Below, piece after piece: positions 45,640-55,765 of a stretch of 64,000 nucleotides of DNA. Below the pieces are notes generated by a model that saw only the letters and a program-made list of their open reading frames with translations, made no database searches and was not told the origin of the DNA. Position 1 is the stretch's first letter, and the number at the start of each line of letters is the position of its first letter. Origin of the DNA: a virus (taxonomy: Duplodnaviria; Caudoviricetes); IMG/VR virus record IMGVR_UViG_2974782369_000001, positions 64,001 through 128,000 of that record. One strand, 5' to 3'. The translations under genes and the position numbers were made by a program.

Positions 45640-47711
45640 GCAATTTGCTCAATGAATGCATTGAGGATAGTTTTGTTTGTCATTTTGGACCCCATGTGCT
45701 TTTTAAATGCACGGGTCAATTCTGCCTTAGTGGCAACTTCTTTCTTCTGCTTGACTTCTAGATCTTCAGTGCCATTTCCAATATAGTTATTGGGCATAAA
45801 GAACTGTTTGTTGAATCCAGTCTCTCCGTCAAGGGCAACGAATCGCTCCTTTGTCCATTGCTTATTGTATTTGTCCTGCATTTCAAACGGGACATACTCA
45901 TTCAACATACGATTCAAGTCAGACTTGGAGCAGAGACGAATACCGATCCAGTTGTAGTCAGTAATCTCTTTGTAGAAAGAAACAATCTCAGAAGTAGTTT
46001 GATAAGGACTACTAGAAATTTTACGGGAGTATCCAGTCTCAGGGTCACGAAGAATAAAGACTTTATTGCGATGATGGCAAAGGTAATCGCAACGAACATC
46101 ACCGTGACGATAATGATCTTCGGGATAGGTGCCAACAACCCAACTCATAGGATTTGCTTCACCATCTGTCAAAGCAACCACATTAACTTTCTGCACATTC
46201 TCAACACGCTTCATCTCTTTGACTGCCTGACGCATACACATAGTTGCTTCTGCGAGAGGAGTGCCGCCGAGAGAATACATGGGATTGGGTTTTACATTGT
46301 ATGCATTCTGACCCCATGCCTGCGCCCAGATATAACGCATCTGCTTATCAAGGGTTTTAGCATTCATCTGAGATGAGAAGAATTCTAGTAGACGAAAATC
46401 ATCAGAGATGTGCAGAGTTTTGTCTTCTCCGCCACGGACAACATCACTTCCATAACCACTCTGGAAAGCATAGACACGAAATGCGATGCCAACCTTACGG
46501 CAAAACCAGATCAGATTATAGGTTTGCTTGAGGGTATCCATAAGCACATTCGCCATAGATCCAGACCAGTCAAGAAGCATCACCAATCCATGATTCTTAC
46601 CATCAGGGACAACTGCAACCTTCTTGAAGACATCTTCATTGTAACGATAGGTGTGCAGTTTGTTAGTATCAAGCACACCAGTCTTGGACATAGAAGTGCG
46701 AGCATACTGATCAGCAGACTTCTTCATCTCAAACTGTTTGACCAGATAGTTTACAGATTTCTGGGCAGACTTCTTATATTCTTCACACTTATCAAAAGTA
46801 AACTGAAGACCATTGCTATCATACTCGGTGAAGTGCTCCTCCAGAGAATAATAAATTGTCTTCCAAGTAACCAGATACTCATCTAGTTTAATCTTAGGAA
46901 GATCAAGATACACCCACTCCTTTGCATTATCATCAACCAAAGTCTCAAGTGCTTCGCGCAATGCTTCTTCGGTTACAGATTGCGTTTCGTCAAAGGTTTC
47001 TCCACCAAGACCATAGGAAGGAGTGTTGAGATCGGCAGGGTCATCTCCGATCGGATCTTCGTCTGTATCACCCATATCTTGAGTGGCATCACTCCCCTCT
47101 GGGGTGACTTCTTCACTCTGCTGCTCACCAGGACCATCCTGAGTTTGTGGTGCAGGGAGATCCATCTCTTTCTCTTTCTGCTTCTCTTCAGCAAATCCGT
47201 AGATCTCTTTGGCGAGAGCAATCACCTCTTCAAAGGTATTGGTGTTTGCTGCACGAGTGACAAAATCCTTTTCATCATCGGCAAAGTTTACACCAGGATT
47301 GCCCTTGAAGTAAAGATTGATACGATCGATAAGAGGCAGAGTATCAACATTACACTCTTTAACACCGAAGAAATCTTTCTCCCACAACTCACGATAACCT
47401 TGAAAGAAGGACTTACGGAGACCAGGATAGGTGCGCTTCATCATCTTCTCGATACGAGCATCCTCCAAGACATTCACAAAGTCCTTCGGAGCACCCTCAT
47501 AATCAACGTTGGGGGTATAGAGAGCATGACCCACCTCATGACCCACCAGAAGGTCATACACGGTCGCTGAGGCAGTCTTCCAGATAGGAAGGATCAGCAC
47601 ACGGTTATTGACATCAAAACAAGCGGTGGTGATCTTACGGTGCTCTACCTTGAGATTCTCAGTAGCGAGCAGTTTGGCAAGAGTGCCTTTCACTTCGGTG
47701 TTGACGATCAT
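45636..47711 (-). CDS. CobT-like protein: HExxH metallopeptidase domain, acidic linker and vWA domain
   Basis: HEVGH, NVLEDARIE; MIDAS LDWSGSM, GGTPL, LTDGE. Confidence 0.85.
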   Translation of the reverse strand: MIVNTEVKGTLAKLLATENLKVEHRKITTACFDVNNRVLILPIWKTASATVYDLLVGHEVGHALYTPNVDYEGAPKDFVNVLEDARIEKMMKRTYPGLRKSFFQGYRELWEKDFFGVKECNVDTLPLIDRINLYFKGNPGVNFADDEKDFVTRAANTNTFEEVIALAKEIYGFAEEKQKEKEMDLPAPQTQDGPGEQQSEEVTPEGSDATQDMGDTDEDPIGDDPADLNTPSYGLGGETFDETQSVTEEALREALETLVDDNAKEWVYLDLPKIKLDEYLVTWKTIYYSLEEHFTEYDSNGLQFTFDKCEEYKKSAQKSVNYLVKQFEMKKSADQYARTSMSKTGVLDTNKLHTYRYNEDVFKKVAVVPDGKNHGLVMLLDWSGSMANVLMDTLKQTYNLIWFCRKVGIAFRVYAFQSGYGSDVVRGGEDKTLHISDDFRLLEFFSSQMNAKTLDKQMRYIWAQAWGQNAYNVKPNPMYSLGGTPLAEATMCMRQAVKEMKRVENVQKVNVVALTDGEANPMSWVVGTYPEDHYRHGDVRCDYLCHHRNKVFILRDPETGYSRKISSSPYQTTSEIVSFYKEITDYNWIGIRLCSKSDLNRMLNEYVPFEMQDKYNKQWTKERFVALDGETGFNKQFFMPNNYIGNGTEDLEVKQKKEVATKAELTRAFKKHMGSKMTNKTILNAFIEQIA

Positions 47712-47732
47712 GTCCTCTTTGCGTATGGACCT

Positions 47733-47776
47733 ATTATAGGTCATCTTCCCCTCCCAGGTCAATGAGGTAGACAGTT
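47733..47776 (-). promoter_or_regulatory. Early promoter TTGACC-18-TATAAT with AACTGTCTAC element
   Basis: Direct match. Confidence 0.65.
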
Positions 47777-49346
47777 ATTCTTCTGGCACATTAGCATAGA
47801 TACCATCTTTCAAAAATTGATAATGACTCGGACACTCTCTAGCAAACTCATGTAGTTTTGCTTTCATTTGATTCCATTGATAATCAATTTTACCAACTAT
47901 AGATTCTGCGTTGATGTTATTATAAAACTCAATTTCTTTAAGCATCGATGGAGTGATTCGATCGTATCCCAATCCAATGGCAACAAAATTCATACCATCA
48001 TAATACTCTTCTGGATTATCTTTCAATACAGACAATCCCATAAAACGAGCACCATCACATGCCATACCCCTATGATTTAGAGGAATCTTTGCAGTATCTT
48101 TCCAGTATGGAGTGTCTCTTCTCTGACTAAAGACATAGTGTGCTGAAACAAAATCTGCAAATTCACTAAAATATTTAAACACTGCAGTATTATAAATGTC
48201 CCGATCATATTGAGTGATATACTCTCTTCCCAAGATTCTCACAAGTTTCAATGCAAACTCATGAATCGTTAGCAGTCCATTACCTTCCAAAGGTTCCATG
48301 AATCCTGCAGACAACCCAATAGCAATACAGTTTTTAACCCAGGTCCGTTTATGGATACCGACTCGGAATGACAAATCTCTAAATTCAAGATCATCAATTT
48401 CCTTACCTAGAGAAACTAGATGGTCTTTAAATTCTTGTAATGCATCTTCTTTACTAACATAATTATCGGAATAAACATATCCCATACCAATTCTAGTCCA
48501 GGTAGGAGTATTCCAAACCCACCCATTAGAGAGTGCTACACAATCAGTATATGGTTTCATCTCAGTTTCTTTATCTGAGTATGGGACTCTTGCTGCCCAA
48601 GCACGATTATTTGGAAGTTGATCATTAAATGAAACAAACTCTTCACCGAGAGCATCGCCAATCAATAGACTCTTGAATCCTGTACAATCAATATACACAT
48701 CAGACGTAATGAATCTACCAGCATCATCAAGATAAATTCTCTCAATACCCTCTTCACCAACATCAACTGAAGTGACCGTTGCTGGAATATGATTTACGCC
48801 CCGAGGAATACAGTATTCATCACGCAACCAGTTTGCAAACTTAACAGCATCAACGTGGAAAGCACTATCCTGCTTTACATCAAAGTTTCCAAATTTTCCC
48901 TCTTCATTATAATCCAATTTTCCAGCATCAATGAGTGCCATCTGTGGATAATATGATTTGGCAAAATCTTGGACTGGAGTATTGGGATACAATGCTTTTT
49001 TCATTCTCCAATCATTCAATCCACTATATGAATCGGGGAAAAAGTGGGGTGATCCGAAAGGATAATGAAATCCAGTCTTGTCATTTTCATTACTAAATCC
49101 AGTGAATTTTACACTCAACTTATAAGTTGCATCACACGCTGCCATAAAATCACTATCCTGAATACCAACAACATGCATCCAAGATCTAAGAAGTTGGAGT
49201 GTGCTTTCACCAACACCAATTCTAGGCACATCAGGACTTTCAACAACAGTTATTTGTTTGTATGGGTGAGTTGCAACGATCGTTGCTGCAGTCATCCACC
49301 CAGCTGTGCCACCACCAACAATTACAATTTTTTCAGTCTTCATCAT
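47775..49346 (-). CDS. Flavin-dependent (tryptophan) halogenase family protein
   Basis: GGGTAG, GVGEST, ATYK, IDCTGF, GWVWNTP, GFMEPLE. Confidence 0.92.
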   Translation of the reverse strand: MMKTEKIVIVGGGTAGWMTAATIVATHPYKQITVVESPDVPRIGVGESTLQLLRSWMHVVGIQDSDFMAACDATYKLSVKFTGFSNENDKTGFHYPFGSPHFFPDSYSGLNDWRMKKALYPNTPVQDFAKSYYPQMALIDAGKLDYNEEGKFGNFDVKQDSAFHVDAVKFANWLRDEYCIPRGVNHIPATVTSVDVGEEGIERIYLDDAGRFITSDVYIDCTGFKSLLIGDALGEEFVSFNDQLPNNRAWAARVPYSDKETEMKPYTDCVALSNGWVWNTPTWTRIGMGYVYSDNYVSKEDALQEFKDHLVSLGKEIDDLEFRDLSFRVGIHKRTWVKNCIAIGLSAGFMEPLEGNGLLTIHEFALKLVRILGREYITQYDRDIYNTAVFKYFSEFADFVSAHYVFSQRRDTPYWKDTAKIPLNHRGMACDGARFMGLSVLKDNPEEYYDGMNFVAIGLGYDRITPSMLKEIEFYNNINAESIVGKIDYQWNQMKAKLHEFARECPSHYQFLKDGIYANVPEE

Positions 49347-51064
49347 GAATCATCCGATAGTTTTGAAAAGTCATTAACCTTTTCAAATTTTAATGTGCGT
49401 AAGAATTTATCTACCAAGATCTCACCCTTATGTGAGATTACAAATACGTTGGTCTCATTACCGAGACTGCGAAGAATTTTAAGGAGCTCATTAGTGCCTT
49501 CCGTATCAAGAGATGAGTCAAAGACTTCATCCAAGATAAGAAGATTAGTTGCTACAGAGTTTTTCATTCTTGCAACTTCTCTCCAAGTAAACAAAAGTGC
49601 TAGATCGATCTTTTGCTTTTCTCCTTCAGAAAACGAAGCATAACTAAATTCATCCCTGAAGCGACTCTTAATAACTTCGTTAAACTCTTCGTCAAGTGTG
49701 AAGTTGACATAGAAGTCCATCGATTGCAAATATTTATTAATCAGTTGATTAAAAACTGGAATATATTTTTTGATAATCTGACTTTTAATACCACTGTCTT
49801 TTAGAAGATACGAAGCAACGTTGTATTCATCAAGTCTCCTACTAATATCTCCACAATTAATTCTATTTTTTTCCAATTCTTTAGTAGCAACACTAAGACT
49901 GGTTTCGGCATCAGAAATAGTAGTAGTATTTGAGTGATGATCAATCAGTTGTTTTTGAATTTCTAGATTCTCAAACTCAAGACGGACAATTTCTCTCTCA
50001 AGAATATTGATCTCACTACGAATTTCATGTGCCTGAGAAGACTTCTCATCCATCTCAGTAAGTTGTGCTGTCAGTCTATCAATCTCCTTTTCAATATTCC
50101 AAACTTCTTTTGTAATAACGCTACCCTGATCACTCAAGGATTCGATTTGTTTTTCTTTGAAGTTATCTTGAATACTTTGTCCACAAGTAGGACAATCACT
50201 ATGACTTTCAAAAAACTTAACGTCTCCAATAAGTCTCTTAATGTCAGACTTTTTGACTGCTCGGTCTTGCTTGAATTTTGAAACATTCTGCTTCGTCTCA
50301 TTATATGCGGTCAAATCAAATTCCACCATGCCGAGTTGCTTCTGCTTTTCGACAAGTTTGATTTGCGTATCATCAATTTTAATAAGATTTTCCGATACCT
50401 TATTTTCTTTCTCTTTTAGATAATTTGTATTAACTTCTCGGAGTGAATCAATAAGTTTTTTCTTTGATGTTACTTTCTCTACAGATAACTCAAGCAAATG
50501 CTCACAATCTTTACTCTGTGCTTGTGCTGCTCGTATCTTGTCTTTTAGCATCGAATTCATCGATGAGAAAATACCAATATCTAGAAGATCTTCGATAACC
50601 TCTCTTCGATGAGCAGCAGCAAGCTGCATAAAAGGCACAAAAGTGCTACTACCAAGAATAACAACCTGAGTGAAAGACTTGTAGTTAAGTTTAAGTACAG
50701 ACTGCTCAAGGTATTTCTGAGTGTCTTTTGCTGCCGCATCTTGATCTACCAGTTTGTTGTTTTTGTAAATCTCGAATGTGTTGGGTTTGATCCCACGAAA
50801 CACCCGATAGTCATCAGGACCAATACTAAAACAAACTTCAACCTTCAAACCCTTTTCGTTAATACTATTAACAAGTTGAGGTTTGTTAATCTTACGAAAC
50901 GGTTTATTGAATAAAGCAAAACATAGTGCATCTAAAATGGTGGACTTTCCTGCACCATTCTGACCGATAATAAGAGTAGATGGACTTTCATCAAATTTAA
51001 CTTCAGTCCACTGGTCACCTGTTGAGAGAAAATTCTTCCAACGAATAGTTTCAAATAAGATCAT
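49343..51064 (-). CDS. g46: Recombination ATPase gp46 (Rad50/SbcC-like)
   Basis: GQNGAGKS, CPTC hook, FSEGE, LDEVFD. Confidence 0.97.
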   Translation of the reverse strand: MILFETIRWKNFLSTGDQWTEVKFDESPSTLIIGQNGAGKSTILDALCFALFNKPFRKINKPQLVNSINEKGLKVEVCFSIGPDDYRVFRGIKPNTFEIYKNNKLVDQDAAAKDTQKYLEQSVLKLNYKSFTQVVILGSSTFVPFMQLAAAHRREVIEDLLDIGIFSSMNSMLKDKIRAAQAQSKDCEHLLELSVEKVTSKKKLIDSLREVNTNYLKEKENKVSENLIKIDDTQIKLVEKQKQLGMVEFDLTAYNETKQNVSKFKQDRAVKKSDIKRLIGDVKFFESHSDCPTCGQSIQDNFKEKQIESLSDQGSVITKEVWNIEKEIDRLTAQLTEMDEKSSQAHEIRSEINILEREIVRLEFENLEIQKQLIDHHSNTTTISDAETSLSVATKELEKNRINCGDISRRLDEYNVASYLLKDSGIKSQIIKKYIPVFNQLINKYLQSMDFYVNFTLDEEFNEVIKSRFRDEFSYASFSEGEKQKIDLALLFTWREVARMKNSVATNLLILDEVFDSSLDTEGTNELLKILRSLGNETNVFVISHKGEILVDKFLRTLKFEKVNDFSKLSDDS

Positions 51065-51315
51065 TGGTTGGGGGGTATAACAAAATCATTAGATGTAATT
51101 ACTGAATATCCATATCCATAATTTTCACAATTCACTGCCACGGTGCTCAATTCAACTTCCATGACCTCAAGATCATCATCAAGATCATCTGCTAGTAGCA
51201 ACTCCTGATATCTAATGGCATCATCTTCTTCTTCAAAAACCTGCACAGTTTTGACTCGATCTTTATCAAAGACGGCATAAACACCACCAGTATTTTTGTC
51301 CGTAAGGATATACAT
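51061..51315 (-). CDS. Conserved hypothetical protein between g47 and g46
   Basis: FEEEDDA.RY...FVIPP. Confidence 0.8.
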   Translation of the reverse strand: MYILTDKNTGGVYAVFDKDRVKTVQVFEEEDDAIRYQELLLADDLDDDLEVMEVELSTVAVNCENYGYGYSVITSNDFVIPPNQ

Positions 51316-52337
51316 TAGAGCTCACATGCTTCGATGTACAGAGATCTCATAAGAGATTTGATGTTGTTATTGTCAACTTTTAGGTCGATACCATCTATGT
51401 ATTTATCCAGGAGGGTTAAGGTGTCTTCGGTTTCCATCACTTCGCCACTCATTTCAACAGAAAGATCTTCAATAATTTTTAGATCTGCAAGACCAATATC
51501 CTGCAAGAGTTTGACATCATAATCAAAATTGGCATTGTCTCCTTTATCCTCAACAATAAGTTTGACGTATGTGCCTTGCAAATTATCTGGCACATCCATA
51601 CCAGCATTGTAATTGATTTTATGAAACATGTCAAATGGATTGCGGTAGAAGGTGGTCTTTAATGTCTCAGTATCAAAAACATGGAATCCCCTTTTACATC
51701 CATAGTCATTCCAATACAACTGATATGGATTACCAAGATATGTAATGTTACCTTTAGTGGACTTCATATGATAGTGTCCACTGAATACTTTTTTGAATTT
51801 GGAGAATATAGAAGACTCCATACCAGACTCCATCACATGCCCAGGGTGAGCCTCAAAACCGTTAAGCTCAAGATGGCCCATGCAGACATCAGCAGTACTG
51901 TTTGCAATTTCATCGAATGCTCGATCTCTGTTGTCATCACAAATCCAAGGAAGAAGAAGTATATCACGACCGCCAAAGTTAACAGTGGTAGGACTGTCAT
52001 GGACTGTGATATTTCCGTATTCTCCAAGTAGCTCTCTAGGGGCATTGACTCTCAGGGTATTCTTGTAATAGATGTCATGATTACCCGCGAGCATATGCAT
52101 CGATACACCCATGTCCTCAAGAGGATTAAACCACATTTCCTTTGCCTCATTCAGAGACATGAAATTGATAGACCTTCGTTTATCAAAGGTATCACCAAGA
52201 GCAATCACTGTGCTAATCTTAGATACCTTGATAAAAGGGACAACTATTTGGTTGTAAAACTTTTTATATAAATTTAGAAATGCCTGATTGTCATTGCGTA
52301 CACCAAAATGCTGGTCAGTTATCAGGAGAATCTTCAT
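51315..52337 (-). CDS. g47: Recombination nuclease gp47 (Mre11/SbcD-like)
   Basis: TDQHFG, LGDTFD, GNHD, SGHYH. Confidence 0.96.
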   Translation of the reverse strand: MKILLITDQHFGVRNDNQAFLNLYKKFYNQIVVPFIKVSKISTVIALGDTFDKRRSINFMSLNEAKEMWFNPLEDMGVSMHMLAGNHDIYYKNTLRVNAPRELLGEYGNITVHDSPTTVNFGGRDILLLPWICDDNRDRAFDEIANSTADVCMGHLELNGFEAHPGHVMESGMESSIFSKFKKVFSGHYHMKSTKGNITYLGNPYQLYWNDYGCKRGFHVFDTETLKTTFYRNPFDMFHKINYNAGMDVPDNLQGTYVKLIVEDKGDNANFDYDVKLLQDIGLADLKIIEDLSVEMSGEVMETEDTLTLLDKYIDGIDLKVDNNNIKSLMRSLYIEACEL

Positions 52338-52807
52338 CGTTTGGTGTTTATTGCAATGCGTGATTTAATCTGATTATACTCGGATCCACCATCTCCGTCA
52401 ACCGAGAAGACTTCATCGTATCCAGACTTCTCAAGAATTTTCTCCTTAATATCCATCTGCCTTTTTTCTTTAGCGATGCGTCTCAAGAAAGCATAGTATA
52501 CAATCTGTGTAAAGTATGCAAATGGATTCTTAGATTTTTCTGGATCGAAGTTATCAATATATTGAATACAGTTTTCAATGCCATCACACACCATGTCGTC
52601 CTTATACATGTAGTTAATGAAGTTGGGACGATATGATAGGTGGGTAGCAATCTTCAAGAAGCATCCGCCAATGTAATTGTTGACTCGTGGTTTTGGAAGT
52701 CCACGAATTTCAGCAATCTCCACCTTCTCCTTATACTTGATAAGAGCAGCAAGAAATTCCTTATTATCAACGTAATGTTGTTTTTTCTTTGGTGGAGTTG
52801 ATTTCAT
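52334..52807 (-). CDS. g55: Late-transcription sigma factor gp55
   Basis: HYVDNKEF, RPNFINY, NPFAYFTQI. Confidence 0.96.
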   Translation of the reverse strand: MKSTPPKKKQHYVDNKEFLAALIKYKEKVEIAEIRGLPKPRVNNYIGGCFLKIATHLSYRPNFINYMYKDDMVCDGIENCIQYIDNFDPEKSKNPFAYFTQIVYYAFLRRIAKEKRQMDIKEKILEKSGYDEVFSVDGDGGSEYNQIKSRIAINTKR

Positions 52808-52832
52808 ATGACGTATACTTTTTCATGTTTGT

Positions 52833-52861
52833 ATTATAGCACACTAGTAAAGACTTGACAA
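52833..52861 (-). promoter_or_regulatory. g55 promoter TTGTCA-17-TATAAT
   Basis: Direct match upstream of g55. Confidence 0.6.
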
Positions 52862-52883
52862 CTACCTATTTTCTCTGTAGAAT
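52855..52883 (+). promoter_or_regulatory. Antisense-oriented promoter TTGACA-17-TAGAAT
   Basis: Near-consensus; overlaps the -35 of the g55 promoter; no plus-strand ORF follows. Confidence 0.6.
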
Positions 52884-52890
52884 AACACTG

Positions 52891-53325
52891 TCAGGGTTGA
52901 TTGGGATTCTTATAGATCTTTTCAAAGATCTTTCTTGCATCATCAATACTTCCTAGGTATCCCATTTCTTTTTGGGGTGCCACTTTTTTTCGGTCGGTTG
53001 GTTTAACAACTTGCTCACCGTTTACATATGCCTCATACATGAAGATGTATTCTTTAGACATCGATGCTAGAGAAATAACATCCTTCTCTCTGACAATGAA
53101 AAAATCTTCATCAGATAGTTGCATCCAGTGAGCAAAACCCATTCCTCGGGCAACTCTACCATCTTCGGTTTCTTTGGTGAAGATCTCGATCGTAACTGGA
53201 TTAGTTAAGAAAATAATTGATTCGCCTTGATCTTCTGTAATTACTGCTCTACCGCAAACTTCTTCACCATTTACTAGTTTGAAAATGCCGTAGAATTCTT
53301 CGTCGTGTTTTGCGTAATTAATCAT
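52891..53325 (-). CDS. Conserved hypothetical protein between uvsW and g55 (Sm-like)
   Basis: KLVNGEE, MGYLGSI..AR..FE. Confidence 0.8.
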   Translation of the reverse strand: MINYAKHDEEFYGIFKLVNGEEVCGRAVITEDQGESIIFLTNPVTIEIFTKETEDGRVARGMGFAHWMQLSDEDFFIVREKDVISLASMSKEYIFMYEAYVNGEQVVKPTDRKKVAPQKEMGYLGSIDDARKIFEKIYKNPNQP

Positions 53326-54787
53326 AAGCTTTTACTTTTACGTCTATGATTTCATAATCAAATTTTTCTTCGTTATATACTTTGATTCTTTCCATCAAAT
53401 GATTCAGAGTATAGTTATTTCCCCTGTCGGTAGAAATATCGTCAGCAAGATCATATAGTGTTGCTTGTGATTTGTTTTCGCCTTTCCTTAGCACACGACC
53501 AATTGATTGTAGATTGCGTACTCTGGACTTAGAAGGAGAAGCGAAAATAACGTTATGTAATCTTTTAATGTTGATGCCTGTAGAAAATGTGCCGTATGAA
53601 GCAACGATAATAGCATTATCAGATTGCTCAGTTAATACACGGATGTCCTCACGGTCATCAACATCAACACCACCATGCACTAGATGCACGGGTCTGTTTG
53701 TATGACTATTTATCAATTCGTAAAGGGGGATCCCGTGACGATCTACATAATTGAATAGGACTAAAGTATTTCCTTTTAGATCGCAGGCAAGGTTGCGAAT
53801 AAATTTATTTCTCCCCTCATGCTCAATTAGGTAATCAATCTCATCTTGATATCCCTCAAATAGTTTTTCTTCATGTTTCATCAGGACAATTTTAACTTTA
53901 AGTTTGGCAACATGCCCTGCCTTCATTAATTCATTAGTGCGTGTGACTTGAGAGCATCTACCAAATACACCTTCTAGCACCAGTTGATTTACATTTGCAC
54001 CGTCTAATGTCCCAGTAAATCCGATTCGATACTTACACTCATGCAACTTAGACATCAAAGAGGTAAGAGATTTAGCTTTGAAAAGGTGTGCCTCGTCACC
54101 AATCACGACATCAAACCTGTCAAACCACTTACGCGGTTCCTTATAGATAGACTGCCAAGTGGTAATTACCACCTGATGTTTCGTGTATTTTTCTGCCCCC
54201 GCATATATTTTGTGGCAGTATTCGGACGCCATCCATCCATATTCTTCAAAGTCCTTATACATCTGCTCCACCAAGCTGGTGGTAGGGACTACAATGAGAA
54301 TATCTCTATTTAAATTCACATGATATCTAACCAATGCGTAAATCATTAACGACTTACCTGATGCTGTTGGTGATAGCAGTAAACGTCTATTATACTTTAG
54401 AGCTTCATAGATTGCTTTATACTGATAGTCCCGCACAGGGAATGGTAAGTGTAGAGACTTCACAAACCCCGCTACACCTTGAGGAGTAATTAAATCATTC
54501 TGTGCTAAAGGGTGACCGAAGAATTTACATTCCTCCATCTCATACCTATATCCCCTTTCATCCGCCCAGTCCAAGAGGTAGTCAATGAGACCAACATATA
54601 TCTCTCCTGTTCCTGGGGAATAGAGACGGATTTTTCCATCCCATCCTTTATATCTTTTATTCTTCTGCATGAATTTTGCAGACTCTACCTCAAATGTAAA
54701 GAAGTCTGCTAATTCGTAATTGATGTGTGGCTCTGCTTCGACCTTTAGATAAACTTCATTCTTCTTTCTGATCTTCAAATCAAACAT
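53318..54787 (-). CDS. uvsW: RNA/DNA helicase UvsW
   Basis: PTASGKS, DEAH, TGT, QSIGRVLR. Confidence 0.96.
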   Translation of the reverse strand: MFDLKIRKKNEVYLKVEAEPHINYELADFFTFEVESAKFMQKNKRYKGWDGKIRLYSPGTGEIYVGLIDYLLDWADERGYRYEMEECKFFGHPLAQNDLITPQGVAGFVKSLHLPFPVRDYQYKAIYEALKYNRRLLLSPTASGKSLMIYALVRYHVNLNRDILIVVPTTSLVEQMYKDFEEYGWMASEYCHKIYAGAEKYTKHQVVITTWQSIYKEPRKWFDRFDVVIGDEAHLFKAKSLTSLMSKLHECKYRIGFTGTLDGANVNQLVLEGVFGRCSQVTRTNELMKAGHVAKLKVKIVLMKHEEKLFEGYQDEIDYLIEHEGRNKFIRNLACDLKGNTLVLFNYVDRHGIPLYELINSHTNRPVHLVHGGVDVDDREDIRVLTEQSDNAIIVASYGTFSTGINIKRLHNVIFASPSKSRVRNLQSIGRVLRKGENKSQATLYDLADDISTDRGNNYTLNHLMERIKVYNEEKFDYEIIDVKVKAYD

Positions 54788-55331
54788 AAGGCGGACCATA
54801 AAACCATGCTACAAGGGATTTTCTATGTCCAGCAGTGACGGGACGGACCCTATGCCATTGATCTGCTAGAAAGAAAACTGCGGAATACTTTTTGGGTTTG
54901 ATAGTAACAAACCTTTGTGTATCCCCTGGTTTATATATCTCCAAATCAAACTCGCCTCCTTCGTAGTCATCATTAAGGAAGAGAGACATGCTGATTTTTC
55001 TTACCACACCATTGATTATCTTTGGATGCTGATCAATATGCCAATCGTAGAATCCACCTTCACCGTAAGATCCAAACTGCACAGGTTCTACACCAGTGAT
55101 GTTTAGATTCCAATGTGCTCCTCTGTTAATTTGTTTTACCATACGCAAAAGCATGAGCAAAAGACTTTGGTCTTTCACCCATGCTACGTCGGTCATTCTT
55201 TTTGTGCCGCTTTTTTGATTATATAATCTTCCTTCTTCCCACTCTAATGTAGCAGTTGTTATTGCTTTCTGGACTGTTGCTATGGAGTCACGATTGAAGG
55301 TGACTTGCTTGTAGAAGAGACCGTAATTCAT
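54780..55331 (-). CDS. 2OG-Fe(II) oxygenase (PKHD-like)
   Basis: YDWHID, RKISMS, YEGGEF, HRVRPVT.G.RKSLVAW. Confidence 0.88.
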   Translation of the reverse strand: MNYGLFYKQVTFNRDSIATVQKAITTATLEWEEGRLYNQKSGTKRMTDVAWVKDQSLLLMLLRMVKQINRGAHWNLNITGVEPVQFGSYGEGGFYDWHIDQHPKIINGVVRKISMSLFLNDDYEGGEFDLEIYKPGDTQRFVTIKPKKYSAVFFLADQWHRVRPVTAGHRKSLVAWFYGPPYV

Positions 55332-55765
55332 TAGAAACCATTCTTAAATTTCTCCCACTCAATTGCATTTTTGATTTGGAATGTCCTGTTGTTTATTTGT
55401 TTCAGTACACTTTCAAGAAATACTAGAGTCTGATCTATGTATGCAATCTTATACTGAAGTTTTTTGATGTCGTCATCAGCATCAATAAACATAGAGATCT
55501 CTTCCTTAGTGGTGAGTTTGAGATCAAATGGCATCTCCTTATAGACCGAAGATGGTGCCTTACCCTTATAATACAACCACTTATCACGGACAAGTTGATT
55601 CAATTCCAACTCTCTTTCTTTTTTCATTAAGGAGTATGTATTGAAAAACTCCATATATTTCATATGAAGTTGTGGCACTTTAGTGGATTCTTCACAATAT
55701 AGATCAGTGTCAATGACACTATCTTTTCTCCACATTCCTTGAAGCGTTTCTAAATTCATTATCAA
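55331..55765 (-). CDS. uvsY: Recombination mediator UvsY
   Basis: W.KDS.ID, PQLH.KY, WLYYKGKA, R.FQIKNAIEW. Confidence 0.92.
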   Translation of the reverse strand: MIMNLETLQGMWRKDSVIDTDLYCEESTKVPQLHMKYMEFFNTYSLMKKERELELNQLVRDKWLYYKGKAPSSVYKEMPFDLKLTTKEEISMFIDADDDIKKLQYKIAYIDQTLVFLESVLKQINNRTFQIKNAIEWEKFKNGF

